Origin: Macrostomum lignano
Taxonomy: Eukaryota
Length of the DNA stretch: 64,000 bases
NCBI GenBank assembly: GCA_002269645.1
Contig: NIVC01001654.1
Coordinates: 1-64,000, forward strand
Reading direction: 5' to 3'
Of this stretch, positions 32,561 to 45,690 are shown one piece after another (position 1 is the first letter of the stretch; the number at the start of each line of letters is the position of its first letter). The notes beneath the pieces are model-generated. The model saw nothing but the letters and a program-made list of their open reading frames with translations, was not told the DNA's origin and ran no database searches. The translations under genes were made by a program, and so were the position numbers.

Positions 32561-35410
32561 TCACTCGGACGCTGATGAGCTGGGGTCCAGCAGCCACTTC
32601 ACCATCAATGCGATGCAGAGCGACTGAAATTTATTTCGGTTGTAAATTTGCCAGCTAATGGAGTTGGTGTGTAAGTTGATATAGTTTGGTGTGAGTTATC
32701 AGCCATTGAAGTGAGGTGTAAGTCGCACTGACAGCAGTATACTTAAGCAATATTTTCCCCTTACCTGCATAATGGCAGCAAACAGCATCTGGAAGATGGT
32801 CAGCCACATGTTTAGACTGGCAGAGCTATTCAGCTTGCTGAGGCAGTCCTGTAAAAATTTTGACGATTAAAATTTAAATTAAATTTGATTGGCTGAGGCT
32901 GTGGGGTGGGTGTCTAGCATGAGCTGGCGAGCTTTGATTTGATTGGCTGAGGCTATCGGGGTAGGTCTAGCATAAACTGGTGTACTTCGATTTGATTGGC
33001 TTAGCCTGGGGGGTGTGGGGTGGGTGTCTTGCATGATCTGGCGGGCTTTGATTTGATTGGCCGAGGCTGTGGGGAGGGTGTTTAGCTCTGGAACTATTCT
33101 AACTGAAATGCCTGTCTGACAGAGAACTGGTCACTGACATCTTCAAACACGTATTTCTTCTCTCGAGCCTCTTTGAGCGACTCCGACTCGCGACACTTCG
33201 GCCCGGCTACCAGACAGCAGGAATCGGGGAGGCGACGCTCTTTAAGAGTTTTGTTGCTGGGGTTCGCGTTGACTTTCTTGAACCACGGCGTCTTCAAAAA
33301 CAGGTTATCAGACGGATCTCCGCTGAAGCCACAGCACTGGGCCTGAAAAGTTTAGATGGCTTACGCTTGTTTAGCTTGGCCAATGACCCACTTTAGAGTC
33401 TAGATGAGTGTGACCCAATGACCTCACTTTAGAGTCTAGATGAGTGTGACCCAATGACCTCACTTTAGAGTCTAGATGAGTGTGACCCAATGACCCACTT
33501 TAGAGTCTAGATGAGTGTGACCCAATGACCTCACTTTAGAGTCTAGATGAGTGTGACCCAATGACCTCACTTTAGAGTATAGATGAGTGTGGCCCAATGA
33601 CCTCACTTGAGAGTCTAGATGGGTGTGACCCAATGACCCACTTTAGAGTATAGATAAGTGTGACCCAATGACCTCACTTTAGAGTCTACAAACCTCACTT
33701 TAGAGTATAGTGAGTGTGACCCAATGACCTCCCTTTTAAGTCTAGATGAGTGTGACCCAATGACCTAAATTTAGAGTCTAAATGGGTGTGACCCAATGAC
33801 CTCACTTTAGAGTATAGATGAGTGTGGCCCAATGACCTCACTTGAGAGTCTAGATGGGTGTGACCCAATGACCCACTTTAGAGTATAGATAAGTGTGACC
33901 CAATGACCTCACTTTAGAGTCTACAAACCTCACTTTAGAGTATAGATGAGTGTGACCCAATGACCTCCCTTTTAAGTCTAGATGAGTGTGACCCAATGAC
34001 CTAAATTTAGAGTCTAAATGGGTGTGACTTAATGACCTCACTTTAGAGTATAGATGAGTGTGACCCAATGACCCACTTTAGAGTCTAGATGGGTGTGACC
34101 CAATGACCCACTTTGGATTCTAAATGAGTGTGACCCAATGACCTTACTTTGGAGTCTAAATGGGTGTGACCCAATGACCTCACTTTAGAGTATAGATGAG
34201 TGTGACCCAATGACCCACTTTAGAGTCTAGATGGGTGTGACCCAATGACCCACTTTGGATTCTAAATGAGTGTGACCCAATGACCTTACTTTAGAGTCTA
34301 AATGATTGTGCCCAGTCCAGTGACCTACCTGAATACGGGTAGTTATGAAACAACGTTATTCTCAAACCTTTTTCTGATGATTGTCAATATCCAAAGAGAA
34401 CTCTTTGGCTAATTCGTCAGCGTTGTTACCATAACGTTCGACAATCTGTCGTTTGATATTTTCCTTGGCGGTGACAGCGAATGACCTCGTGGAGGTGACG
34501 GTCACAACCAGGATTAGAAGGTCCATGACCACAGCTCCCGCCAGCATGATGATGATCTGCGGATGGCAAATGGGTGGATGTCCAAAGGGTGGATGTCTAA
34601 GAGGCGGATGTCCAAGGGGCGGATGTCCAAGGGGCGGATGTCCAAGGGGCGGATGTCCAAGGGGCGGATGTCCAAGGGGCGGATGTCTAAGAGGTGGATG
34701 TCCAAGGGGCGGATGTCCAATGGGCAGATGTCTTAGAGGCGGATGTCCAAGAGGCAGATGTCCAAGGGGCAAATGTCCAAGGGGCGGATGTCTAAGAGGC
34801 GGATGTCCAAGGGGCGGATGTCCAAGGGGCGGATGTCCAAGGGGCGGATGTCCAAGGGGCGGATGTCCAAGGGGCGGATGTCCAAGGGGCGGATGTCTTA
34901 GAGGCGGATGTCCAAGAGGCAGATGTCCAAGGGGTGGATGTCTAAGAGGCGGATGTCCAAGGGGCGGATGTCCAAGGGGCGGATGTCCAAGGGGCGGATG
35001 TCCAAGGGGCGGATGTCTTAGAGGCGGATGTCCAAGAGGCAGATGTCCAAGGGGTGGATGTCTAAGAGGCGGATGTCCAAGGGGCGGATGTCCAAGGGGC
35101 GGATGTCCAAGGGGCAGATGTCGAAGGGGTTAATCTGAGCTGCAAAGCAGTGATCATGGCTCACCAAGTACAGCAGGAACTTCTTGTTCTTCAGGATGGC
35201 CACAAAGCCCATGGCGCCAATGGCGATGTCAACCAGGCCGTTGAAAATGGCGGTGAACCCGTTGACCTCGAGTCCCTCCACGTTTTGCAGATCAATCTCG
35301 GTGGTGGCGGCCAGGTAGATACCATAGCCAAGGGTTGCCAAGCCCATGAAAACAAAGACTCCGAAGGCCGCCAACAGAATACGCCGAACTGTTTCGTTAG
35401 AGAAAAACAT
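32561..35410 (-). CDS. Tetraspanin A (261 aa; exons 35410-35165, 34556-34368, 33342-33139, 32848-32765, 32623-32561)
   Basis: Four hydrophobic helices; large loop AQCCG, FLKTPW, PDSCC, C, DC; all four introns GT-AG and phase 0. Confidence 0.9.
32880..33090. repeat. ~57-59-bp degenerate tandem repeat (TTTGATTGGCTGAGGCTGTGGGG...), tetraspanin A intron 3
   Basis: About 4 diverged units. Confidence 0.75.
33385..34310. repeat. 36-bp minisatellite TTTAGAGTCTAGATGAGTGTGACCCAATGACCTCAC (tetraspanin A intron 2)
   Basis: Tandem units with an internal block duplication. Confidence 0.95.
34561..35125. repeat. 15-bp minisatellite GGATGTCCAAGGGGC (tetraspanin A intron 1)
   Basis: Fills the intron to within a few bases of the acceptor at 34557; explains the (GGCPR)n ORF. 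Confidence 0.95.
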
Positions 35411-35794
35411 GATGTCTTTTTATCTTAGCCAAGTTGAGCTGGGTTCTTCTGATCGACTCTTGATAACTGCTTCACTTCGTGGCTTGGCGCCAACACCCCT
35501 CGGTCCCGAGCAAGGGCAGAGCGAAAAAGAAGGATATCGCGCTATTAGTCTATGGCCAGAGCTCCCTGGATTCCAAAAATCCTGTAGGAATCTGAAGACG
35601 CAGCCGAAAGCTCACTGTTCGCATATTTTTTGATTTGCACTTTTCATATTTGCCGCCAATTTAGATTATGACACATACTTATGACACATACATATTTAGA
35701 TTATGACAGAACCCGAATTATTCAGTGTTTTCTTCATCAAAAACATACATTACAATAGGTGCATGGTGTAAAGCATGCTGAACTTTGCGTAATT

Positions 35795-36057
35795 AAATTA
35801 TCCTGACACCATTAATTAACTGAGGTAGCAATCATTGATGCTAATTAGCCCGACACCAATTAACTACCTTAGTGAGCAATAATCGGTGCTAATTAGCCCG
35901 ACACCAATTAACTACCTGAGTGAGTAGTAATAATTGCTAGTTAGCCCGACACTTATCTACCTGATTGAATAATAATCGGTGCTAATTAGCCTGACCCCAA
36001 TTAACTACCTGAGTGAGCAATAATCAGTGCTAATTAGCCTGACTCCAGTTAACTACC
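35795..36057. repeat. 48-bp satellite, left block (AATAATCGGTGCTAATTAGCCTGACACCAATTAACTACCTGAGTGAGC)
   Basis: About 5-6 units; contains the palindrome GCTAATTAGC; same unit and orientation as 38864-39439. Confidence 0.9.
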
Positions 36058-36555
36058 CCAGAACCTATACCCACACCTACACAGAACCTATACCCACACC
36101 TACACAGAACCTATACCCACACCTACACAGAACCTATACCCACAACTACATAGAACCTACACCCACACCTACACAGAACCTATACCCACACCTACACAGA
36201 ACCTATACCCACACTTATACAGAACCTATACCCACAACTACATAGAACCTACACCCACACCTACACAGAACCTATACCCACACCTACACAGAACCTATAC
36301 CCACACTTATACAGAACCTATACCCACAACTACATAGAACCTACACCCACACCTACACAGAACCTATACCCACACCTACACAGAACCTATACCCACACTT
36401 ATACAGAACCTATACCCACACCTACATAGAACCTATACCCACACTTATACAGAACCTATACCCACACCTACATAGAACCTACCCACACCTACACAGAACC
36501 TACACCCACACCTACATAGAACCTACCCACACCTTACATGGAATTCATACCCAGA
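36058..36555. repeat. 23-bp minisatellite AGAACCTATACCCACACCTACAC
   Basis: Tandem units directly fused to the 48-bp block. Confidence 0.95.
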
Positions 36556-36721
36556 CTCTGCTGTGAGCAGCGCACATGAATAATCTCATTGGCTGTTCAA
36601 ATCGCTCATCCAAAACGCATACGTGTATAAAACTGCGTGGTCCTGCAGTTTCGTAAGCTAGTGTAAACTGAAGTTAAGAAGGGACAAAAATACAGAATTG
36701 TTCAATTCAAAGCAATCTAGC

Positions 36722-38007
36722 ATGTCTTGCGCTTTGAAAGTGTCCATTTTTCTTTGCTTTCTGCTGACCTGCGCGACCTGCAAGTTGGTAAATTACACCT
36801 ACGAAGGCTGCTACGTGGACTACAGGGATGGTGCAAGAGACATGACAGGACTGGCCGGATTCAGCCATCTGGGTCAGCATTCCAAGGATCCAGCAAGCTG
36901 TTTAATACACAGCAGCAGCAGCATGTCGCTCGAGCTGTGCAGCCGCGCCTGCTCACTGGGAAAGTTTCTGTACTTCGGCGTGCAGAATAGCGACCAGTGC
37001 TTCTGCGGCAACTCCTTCGGGTCGCAGGGCTCTGGAGACCCCAGCGACTGCAACAGTCCGTGCACTGGCAACGAGCTGCAGTATTGTGGAGCCCCTTCTC
37101 GAAACTCGGTGTACGCTCTGAACTACTCAAAACTCAGTGAGTTGCTCACTAACTATTTACAGAAAAGATAGTTTGCCCATGCTTCACTCAGATAAAGCCA
37201 CGCGACATTTTGAAGCATCAAATAAATCAATGTTTCTGACGGCATATGGGATACAGGGGCGTAACCCTCATGGGCACCAATAATAAGTGCCTTGCTGGGC
37301 GCCCCTGTCTCTTGGTGGGTGCCCCTGTCTGTTGGTGGGCGCCCCTGTCTCTTGGTGGGCGCCCCTGTCTCCTGGTGGGCGCCCCTGTCTCTTGGTGGGC
37401 GCCCGTCTCCTGGTGGGCGCCCCTGTCTCTTGGTGGGCGCCCCTGTCTCCTGGTGGGCGCCCCTGTCTCTTGGTGGGTGCCCCTGTCTCTTGGTGGGCAC
37501 CCCTATCTCTTGGTGGGTGCCCCTGTCTCTTGATGGGCGCCCCTGTCTCTTGGTGGGCGCCCCTGTCTCTTGGTGGGCACCCCTGTCTCTTGGTGGGCAC
37601 CCCTGTCTCTTGGTGGGCGCCCTTGTCTCTTGGTGGGCGCCCCTGTCTCTTGGCCCATTTCACAAATGTCAAAAAGTTATGCTGTAGTTGTTATCCATGT
37701 CCGGCGGTGTTTACTAGGAATTTTTAGCAATCTCTCATCACTATAATTTTGAGTCACTGCCTATCAAATTTTTGACCAACACATTGGCCGATATTTTCAG
37801 ACAACTTCTACACCGTGGTGAAGCCGAACAATCTACATATCGATGGCCCCGACGCCTCCTGGCCAGCCGCTGTCGCGGCCAAGACCGCCACTCAGTGCGC
37901 GGCCCGGTGCAGCGCCAAAGCCAAAGCTCGCCTGCCACCTGCTGGCGTACGCCTACCCGCCAGCCAGCCTGACCGGACCCGACTGGACTCTCTACCAGCG
38001 CGGCTGA
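36722..38007 (+). CDS. Secreted WSC-domain protein (exon 1 36722-37136; probable exon 2 from 37801 encoding a short Cys-containing, PAN/apple-like tail)
   Basis: Hydrophobic N-terminal signal (MSCALKVSIFLCFLLTCATC). WSC pattern YEGCYVD...MSLELCSRAC...YFGVQ..DQCFCGN...C.SPC.GN..QYCG..RNSVY. Donor gtgagt at 37137 and acceptor ttttcag at 37800 are phase-1 compatible. Removing one A at 37923-37925 gives QCAARCSAKAKLACHLLAY...WTLYQRG with stop at 38007; otherwise the stop is at 38039. Confidence 0.8.
37254..37655. repeat. 20-bp minisatellite GCCCCTGTCTCTTGGTGGGC preceded by a CAGGGGCGTAACC TIR-like end (WSC intron)
   Basis: Tandem units at 37290-37655; the 37254 motif matches the left TIR of the 10081 element. 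Confidence 0.9.
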
Positions 38008-38863
38008 GTTCGCCACAACAACAGCATGGCAGCAGTTGAGCCAAATGCAGGCCCCAAAACCACCGGAGCCTCACAAGTGACAAATCACTCGTCGAACTCC
38101 ATTTTAAAAAAAAACTGTAGACCGACCGCAGCTTTTTGTCAGTTTGCACACGATAAAATAGTTAAGTTTCTGCACCCAACATTTATTGTTAATTGCGTGT
38201 TTTGGATTTCACGGTGACATCCGGCAGAGCTGAGTGTTTTGGCACCAAAACTTGCACCTATTCTCAATGTCCGCTGTCCACCCTGTGTGAGCATTTGCGT
38301 CTCGATGTCTCGATAGGTTGCCCACAACATTCATGAGAATTGATTTGCTTATTTTGTACCTTCCCAACTTTGTCAAAATGAGAGCCATACTGGTAAAAAG
38401 AAGCTTAAAAACCGAAGGTAAGAGACAGCAAAAGGAAATGATGCAGAAAAATTCTTTTCTTTGTTCTAAACATCTCGCAAGGAAATGCTGGCTTCCCGAA
38501 AAAGTTTGTTGGCTTTTCGAAGGAAAACTTCATCGCGCTCGGAGCTTGCAAAGAAAACGAGAAAAAACACAAAAGAAGCCCGAAACTAACAGACAAAAGA
38601 CTTCCTTCTCGAATTGTCTCAAAGCTACAAGAATAGCGCTAGTCAGAGAATCAGGGAAAGAGTTGGGATTCGATACCCCGGGAAGTTTTCTGGTCGGAAG
38701 TAGAAATTTACAGTCTCTCTTTCTTGCAGTCGCAGTGGAGCCCCGGTGATGGCACCCATCCTGATCTATGGCATTGCGAGACAGCCTTGGCTCATACTAT
38801 GGACTGGATAACAATAGACTGGACTCGGGTTAGCGAGTTAAGCTAATTCTCATGCCTGTAAAA

Positions 38864-39439
38864 GCAATAATCGGTGCTAAATAGCCCGATACTTATCTAC
38901 CTGAGTGAGCAATAATCGGTGCTAATTAGCCTGACACCAATTAACTACCTGAGTGAGCAATAATCGGTGCTAATTAGCCTGACGCCAATTAACTACCTGA
39001 GTGAGCAATAATCGGTGCTAATTAGCCTGACACCAATTGACTACCTGAGTGAGCAATAATCGGTGCTAATTAGCCTGACACCAATCAACTACCTGAAAGA
39101 GTAATAATCAGTGCTAATTAGCCTGACACCAATCAACTACCTGAAAGAGTAATAATCAGTGCTAATTAGCCTGACACCAATCAACTACCTGAAAGAGTAA
39201 TAATCAGTGCTAATTAGCCTGACACCAATCAACTACCTGAAAGAGTAATAATCAGTGCTAATTAGCCTGACACCAGTTGACTACCTGAGTGAGCAATAAT
39301 CGGTGCTAATTAGCCTTATACCAATTAACTACCTGAGTGAGTCATAATCGGTGCTAAATAGCCTGACACCAATTAACTACCTTAGTGAGTCATAATCAGT
39401 GCTAATTAGCCTGACACCAATCAACTACCTGCGTGAGTC
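38864..39439. repeat. 48-bp satellite, right block
   Basis: About 12 units; shares the ACTTATCTACCTGA variant with the left block. Confidence 0.93.
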
Positions 39440-40494
39440 CAACAAATGAACAAAACAAAGTCAATAAGCTCTCTGATTGATTTCACTGCGCCGCAAAATG
39501 GGTGACCAAATAAAAACATTTTTTATTTTAAGATTTCCGTATTTTTAAATAATAAAATGAAATCTGTTATTATTAAAATTAATATTGTGCTTCGCTTTTA
39601 GTCACCCAATTTTGGTTGTCTGGATAGCTATAGATGGCTATGCATTTATTTAAAAATTTATTTCAATATTATGATCAATAAGTCTTAGACAAGATGATGA
39701 CAAGGCTCTCAGCCAAGATAGTAGACAAAAAACTAAAGGACTTCATTAAAAAAAAGACGCAGCCACTGTAAGTAGTATTTGTCAGATTTTTTTTCAAACG
39801 AGATCAGGATATTGCGCGTGTTGGTTAAATTATTTATAAATTAAAAAATGAAATTGCACACAACACAAAGCGTAACAAAAAAAAGGAGATTTAGTTGACA
39901 TCAGCTAATTAAAGTAGTATATGCATGTCAGCAGTCGACTAGTATTAATAAAATATATATTTTTAATTAAAAGTTCGCAACGGTCGCAGTGACACTTGGA
40001 CTTGCTAGGCAAGCGTTTTAGTGAATAATATAATATTAATAGGTTCAATGATTTCACTATCAAAGTATCGACAAGTTTTAAGTTAATATCCGAGCGCTTC
40101 TCGCTTCAAAATCAACTATTGATGCCTAGAAATTCATTGTCGACACTTCTCTCAGCTACTCACAGTAATACAGGAGGGCCAAGCTGAAGAATATCGGAAT
40201 AAATATCATGTTTGCTTATCATTATGAATTAATAGAAAAAATGGACGAGCAAAAAAGCGCACACTGCTGCAGGTAGAACAAAGACCTCTCTGACAATTGC
40301 CAATCTTGCTAAAAAGCCAACTGCAGTGCCAGAAGAGAAAGCCGATAGCGTTTAAAAAAGAACATGAAAATTTAAAGCGAGTAAAATATACATTTGTTTA
40401 ATTTTCTCCACAAAGAGTTTCCGTTTTAAAAATTCGAAACCAAAAAACACAGAGTTCAGTGCGACCTCGTAGCCTCAGGCCCCAGCCGAGAGTT

Positions 40495-43400
40495 TTACAC
40501 AGCACGGCTCTCGTTTCCAGAGGCGATCTGGCGGCAGATTATCACGGAGCAGATGATGCACAGAATCTGCGGGGAGGGACAGAGCACCGCTGTCTCAGTG
40601 CCTCTAGTGTGCCTGGCTGACTGTCTCAGTGCCTGTCTCAGTGCCTGTCTCAGTGTCCGCCTCACTGCCTGTCTGTCGTCTCTCTTGCAGTGTCTGTCTC
40701 AGTGTCTGTCTCAGTGCCTGTCTCAGTGCCTGTCTGTCTCAGTGTCTGTCTCAGTGTCTGTCTTAGTGTCTGTCTCTGTGTCTGTCTTAGTGTCTGTCTC
40801 AGTGTCTGTCTTGTAGTGTCTGTCTTGCAGTGTCTGTCTTAGTGTCTGCCTCAGTGTCTGTCTCAGTGTCTGTCTTGCAGTGCCTGTCTCATTGCCTGTC
40901 TCAGTGCCTGTCTGTCTCAGTGTCTGTCTTAGTGTCTGTCTTAGTGTCTGTCTCAGTGTCTGTCTTGCAGTGTCTGTCTCAGTGTCTGTCTTGCAGTGTC
41001 TGTCTCAGTGTCTGTCTTGCAGTGTCTGTCTCAGTGTCCTTCTCAGTGCCAGTCTGTCTCAGTGCCAGTCTGTCTCAGTGTCTGTCTTAGTGTCTGTCTT
41101 AGTGTCTGTCTTGCAGTGTCTGTCTCAGTGTCTGTCTCAGTGTCTGTCTTGCAGTGTCTGTCTCAGTGTCTGTCTCAGTGCCTACCTCAGTGCCTGTCTG
41201 TCTCAGTGTCTGTCTCAGTGCCTGTCTGTCTCAGTGTCTGTCTCAGTGCCTGTCTGTCTCAGTGTCTGTCTCAGTGTCTGTCTCAGTGCCAGTCTGTCTC
41301 AGTGTCTGTCTCAGTGTCTGTCTCAGTGCCAGTCTGTCTTAGTGTCTGTCTTAGTGTCTGTCTCAGTGCCTGCCTTAGTGTCTGTCTCAGTGTCTGTCTC
41401 AGTGTCTGTCTTGCAGTGTTTGCCTCAGTGTCTGTCTTGCAGTGTCTGTCTCAGTGTCTGTCTCAGTGCCTACCTCAGTGCCTGTCTGTCTCAGTGTCTG
41501 TCTCAGTGCCTGTCTGTCTCAGTGTCTGTCTCAGTGTCTGTCTCAGTGCCTGCCTTAGTGTCTGTCTCAGTGTCTGTCTCAGTGTCTGTCTTGCAGTGTC
41601 TGCCTCAGTGTCTGTCTCAGTGCCAGTCTCAGTGCCAGTCTGTCTCAGTGTCTGTCTCAGTGTCTGTCTTAGTGTCTGTCTCAGTGTCTGTCTTGCAGTG
41701 TCTGTCTTAGTGTCTGTCTCAGTGTCTGTCTTGCAGTGTCTGTCTTAGTGTCTGTCTCAGTGTCTGTCTTGCAGTGTCTGTCTCAGTGTCCGTCTTGCAG
41801 TGCCTGTCTCATTGCCTGTCTCAGTGCCTGTCTGTCTCAGTGTCTGTCTTAGTGTCTGTCTTAGTGTCTGTCTCAGTGTCTGTCTTGCAGTGTCTGTCTT
41901 AGTGCCAGTCTCAGTGCCAGTCTCAGTGCCAGTCTGTCTCAGTGTCTGTCTCAGTGTCTGTCTTGCAGTGTCTGCCTCAGTGTCTGTCTTGCAGTGTCTG
42001 CCTCAGTGTCTGTCTCAGTGCCTACCTCAGTGCCTGTCTGTCTCAGTGTCTGTCTCAGTGCCTGTCTGTCTCAGTGTCTGTCTCAGTGTCTGTCTCAGTG
42101 CCTGTCTCAGTGCCAGTCTGTCTCAGTGCCAGTCTGTCTCAGTGTCTGTCTCAGTGCCAGTCTGTCTCAGTGCCTGTCTCAGTGCCAGTCTGTCTCAGTG
42201 CCAGTTTGTCTCAGTGTCTGTCTCAGTGCCAGTCTGTCTCAGTGCCTGTCTATCTCAGTGCCTGTCTGTCTCAGTGTCTGTCTGAGTGCCGGTCTGTCTC
42301 AGTGTCTGTCTGAGTGCCAGTCTGTCTCAGTGCCTGTCTGTCTCAGTGCCAGTCTGTCTCAGTGCCTGTCTCAGTGCCTGTCTCAGTGTCGGTCTGTCTC
42401 AGTGTCCGTCTGAGTGCCGGTCTGTCTCAGTGTCTGTCTGAGTGCCAGTCTGTCTCAGTGCCAGTCTGTCTCAGTGCCTGTCTGTCTCAGTGCCTGTCTG
42501 TCTCAGTGTCTGTCTGAGTGCCAGTCTGTCTCAGTGCCAGTCTGTCTCAGTGCCTGTCTGTCTCAGTGTCTGTCTGAGTGCCAGTCTGTCTCAGTGCCAG
42601 TCTGTCTCAGTGCCTGTCTGTCTCAGTGTCTGTCCCGAGCAATGCCAGACTCACCTGCAGCAGGATGGCCAAGATCACGGTGATCAGAGCGGCGCGCATG
42701 TAGACTCCATTCATAGCGACCAAGTTGTCCAGGCAGTCCTGTGAGCAAAAAAGAGACAAAAAACAGACAAGTTAGACAGGCAGTTATGAGCAAATTAACA
42801 AACAGATCCGCAGTCCAGCCGCTCACATGTTCGTGGATGAAGCCGCCCTCGCGGGCCTCCTGCTCGTTCTTGGGTCGCACGCATTTTTCTTTCTTAGCCG
42901 GACTGTCGAGTACACCGGAGCCGCAGCAGGAGTCAGGGAACTGGGCCGGGTTCGAGCCCTGCTGCTGATACCACGGGGTGCTGAGGAAAAAGTTCTGCTG
43001 CTTGTCCAGGCCGGCCCAGCCGCAGCACTTGTCCTGCAGATATGCGGATTCCCGTGTAGTTACAGGGATTCCCGTGTAGTTATGGGGATTCCCATGTACT
43101 TTTAGGGATTCCCGTGTAGTTATGGGGATTCCCGTGTAGTTATGGGGATTCCCATGTACTTTTAGGGATTCCCGTGTAGTTATGGGGATTCCCATGTAGT
43201 TTTAGGGATTCCCGTGTAGTCATGGGGATTCCCGTGTATTTATGGGGATCGCGTGTAGTTAGGGGGATTCCCGTGTAGTTATAGGGATTCCTGTGTAGTT
43301 ATAGGGATTCCCGTGTAGTTATAGGGATTCCTGTGTAGATATAGGGATTCCCGTGTAGTTATAGGGATTCCTGTGTAGTTATAGGGATTCCCGTGTAGTT

Positions 43401-44681
43401 ATAGGGATTCCCGTGTAGTCATGGGGCTTCCGGTGTAGTTATTGGGATTCCTATGTAATTTTAGGGATTCCCGTGTAGTTATAAGGATTTCCCTGTAGTT
43501 TTAGGGATTCTCGTGTAGTTATTGGGATTCCCGTGTAGTCATGGGGATTCCCGTGTATTTATGGGGATACCGTGTAGTTAGGGGGATTCCCGTGTATTTA
43601 TGGGGATCCCGTGTAGTTAGGGGGATTCCCGTGTAGTTATAGGGATTCCCGTGTATTTACAGGGATTCCCATGTAGTTATTAGGACTCTTCGTGAAGTTA
43701 AAAGGGATTGCTTTGCAATCACGGAATTCCTGCGTGAATGAAGGGATTAAATACATTATAATAAAAGCCGCAACACCAGTGAACATACATTCCTCTGCAG
43801 CTTGTCGATGGCCTCAGTGAACATCTTGCTCTCCTTGATGGTGAGATTTCCATAGTGACGCTTAAGGCGGTCCTGAAACTGCTCGCCAACCATGCCCTTG
43901 AAGTCACCCTTGTACACCACGGCCATGATAGCGGCGGCCAGGTTGATGAAGAGGACCAGGAACAGCAGGATCACGTACTGCAGTGGGCACAGGCGTGGTT
44001 TGGGGCTTGGACAGTGAATCTAGGAGGCTGGTAGCCCAGCAACTGAGGATCTGGGAAGCTGTTGGCCCAGCAACTGAGGATCTGGGAGGCTGGCCCAGCA
44101 AATGAGCATCTGGGAGGCTGGCCCAGCAACTGGGGATCTGGCAGGCTGGTAGCCCAGCAACTGAGGATCTGGGAGGATGGCCCAGCAACTGAGCATCTGG
44201 GAGGCTTGCCCAGCAACTGGGGATCTGGCAGGCTGGTAGCCCAGCAACTGGGGATCTGGGAGGCTGGCCCAGCAACTGAGCATCTGGGAGGCTGGTAGCT
44301 CAGCAACTGAGGATCTGGGAGGCTGGTAGCCCAGCAGCAGAGGATCTGGGTGTTATGGAGATTACCCCGGAAGCGCCTGGATTATCCAACAAAATGTCAC
44401 GCGGAGGAGCTCACCACTCCGAGCAGGCAGCGGTTCTCCTTGCAGACGCCAACGCAGCCGCACATGGCGATGAGGATGGTGAAGCAGCCGCAGCCAATCA
44501 GCAGGTAGCGCAGAGACCGCATGAGGCTCACGCCAGCCAGCAGCTCAGAGTACTTGCCCAGATCCGCGCTGGTGCACAGGTAAATGCCGACGCCAAGGAT
44601 AGCAATCCCAGTCAGCAGGAACAGCAGGTTCACCACAATCAGGAACATCTTCATGCAGCTGTTGGTTACGCGACCAGACAT
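40495..44681 (-). CDS. Tetraspanin B (272 aa; exons 44681-44415, 43977-43789, 43033-42827, 42738-42655, 40566-40495)
   Basis: Canonical TM1 ([16 protein letters not shown]) and TM2/inner loop [13 protein letters not shown]; large loop DKCCGW, FLSTPW, PDSCC, C, DC; four phase-0 GT-AG introns. Confidence 0.95.
40590..42635. repeat. 12-16-bp minisatellite AGTG(T/C)CTGTCTC family (tetraspanin B intron 4)
   Basis: About 2 kb of tandem variants; source of the SVCL/QCLS ORFs. Confidence 0.95.
43045..43690. repeat. 20-21-bp minisatellite GGGATTCCCGTGTAGTTATA (tetraspanin B intron 2)
   Basis: Tandem units up to the acceptor at 43034. Confidence 0.93.
44020..44350. repeat. 27/31-bp minisatellite GGCTG(GTAG)CCCAGCAACTGAGGATCTGGGA (tetraspanin B intron 1)
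   Basis: Long and short units, largely alternating. Confidence 0.9.
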
Positions 44682-44844
44682 TGTTGGTTGTCAAGTTTCT
44701 TTACACAAATACAGCTTCAGATTTACAGATTGATAATTGCCGGTTAAAAGGTGCTTTGAAACCGTATTAAGCGTCAATGGCGAGAGCAAGCTGAAGTGAG
44801 CAGTTTGATTCATAGAAATATGCTCCTGTTTTGGCATGGATTAC

Positions 44845-45690
44845 GTCAACTGATGACAAGGGTTTAGGTCAACTTAGGGCAAGGATTAGGTCAACTGAGG
44901 GCAAGAATTAGGTCAACTGAGGGCACGTGTTAGATCAACTGAGGACACGGGTTAGGTCAACTGAGGACACGGGTTAGGTCAACTGAGGACTAGATTAGGT
45001 CAGCTGAGGACACGGGTTAGGTCAACTGAGGACTAGATTAGGTCAGCTGAGGACACGGGTTAGGTCAACTGAGGACACAAGCTAGGTCAACTGAGGAGAC
45101 AGGAAAGGTCAACTGAGGACACGGGTTAGGTCAACTGAGGACACGGGTTAGGTCAATTGAGGACACGGGTTAGGTCAACTGAGGTCACGGGTTAGGTCAA
45201 TCGAGGACACACAAGCTAGGTCAACTGAGGACACACAAGCTAGGTCAATTGAGGACACAAGCTAGGTCAACTGAGGACACAAGCTAGGTCAACTGAGGAC
45301 ACAAGCTAGGTCAACTGACGACACGGCTTAGGTCAACTGAGGTCACGGATTAGGTCAACTGAGGACACAAGCTAGGTCACTTCAGGAGACGGGAAAGGTC
45401 AACTGAGGACACGGGTTAGGTCAATTGAGGACACGGGTTAGGTCAACTGAGGACACGGGTTAGGTCAACTGAGGACACGGCTTAGGTCAACTGAGGTCAC
45501 GGATTAGGTCAACTGAGGACACGGGTTAGGTCAATAGAGGACATAAGTTAGGTCAATTGAGGACACGGGTTAGGTCAACTGAGGACATAAGTTAGGTCAA
45601 TTGAGGACACGGGTTAGGTCAACTGAGGACACGGGTAAGTTCAACTGTGGACAAGGGTTGGGTCAACTGAGGACACGGTTTAAGGTCTTC
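44845..45690. repeat. 22-bp minisatellite GGGTTAGGTCAACTGAGGACAC between tetraspanins C and B
   Basis: Tandem units. Confidence 0.95.
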
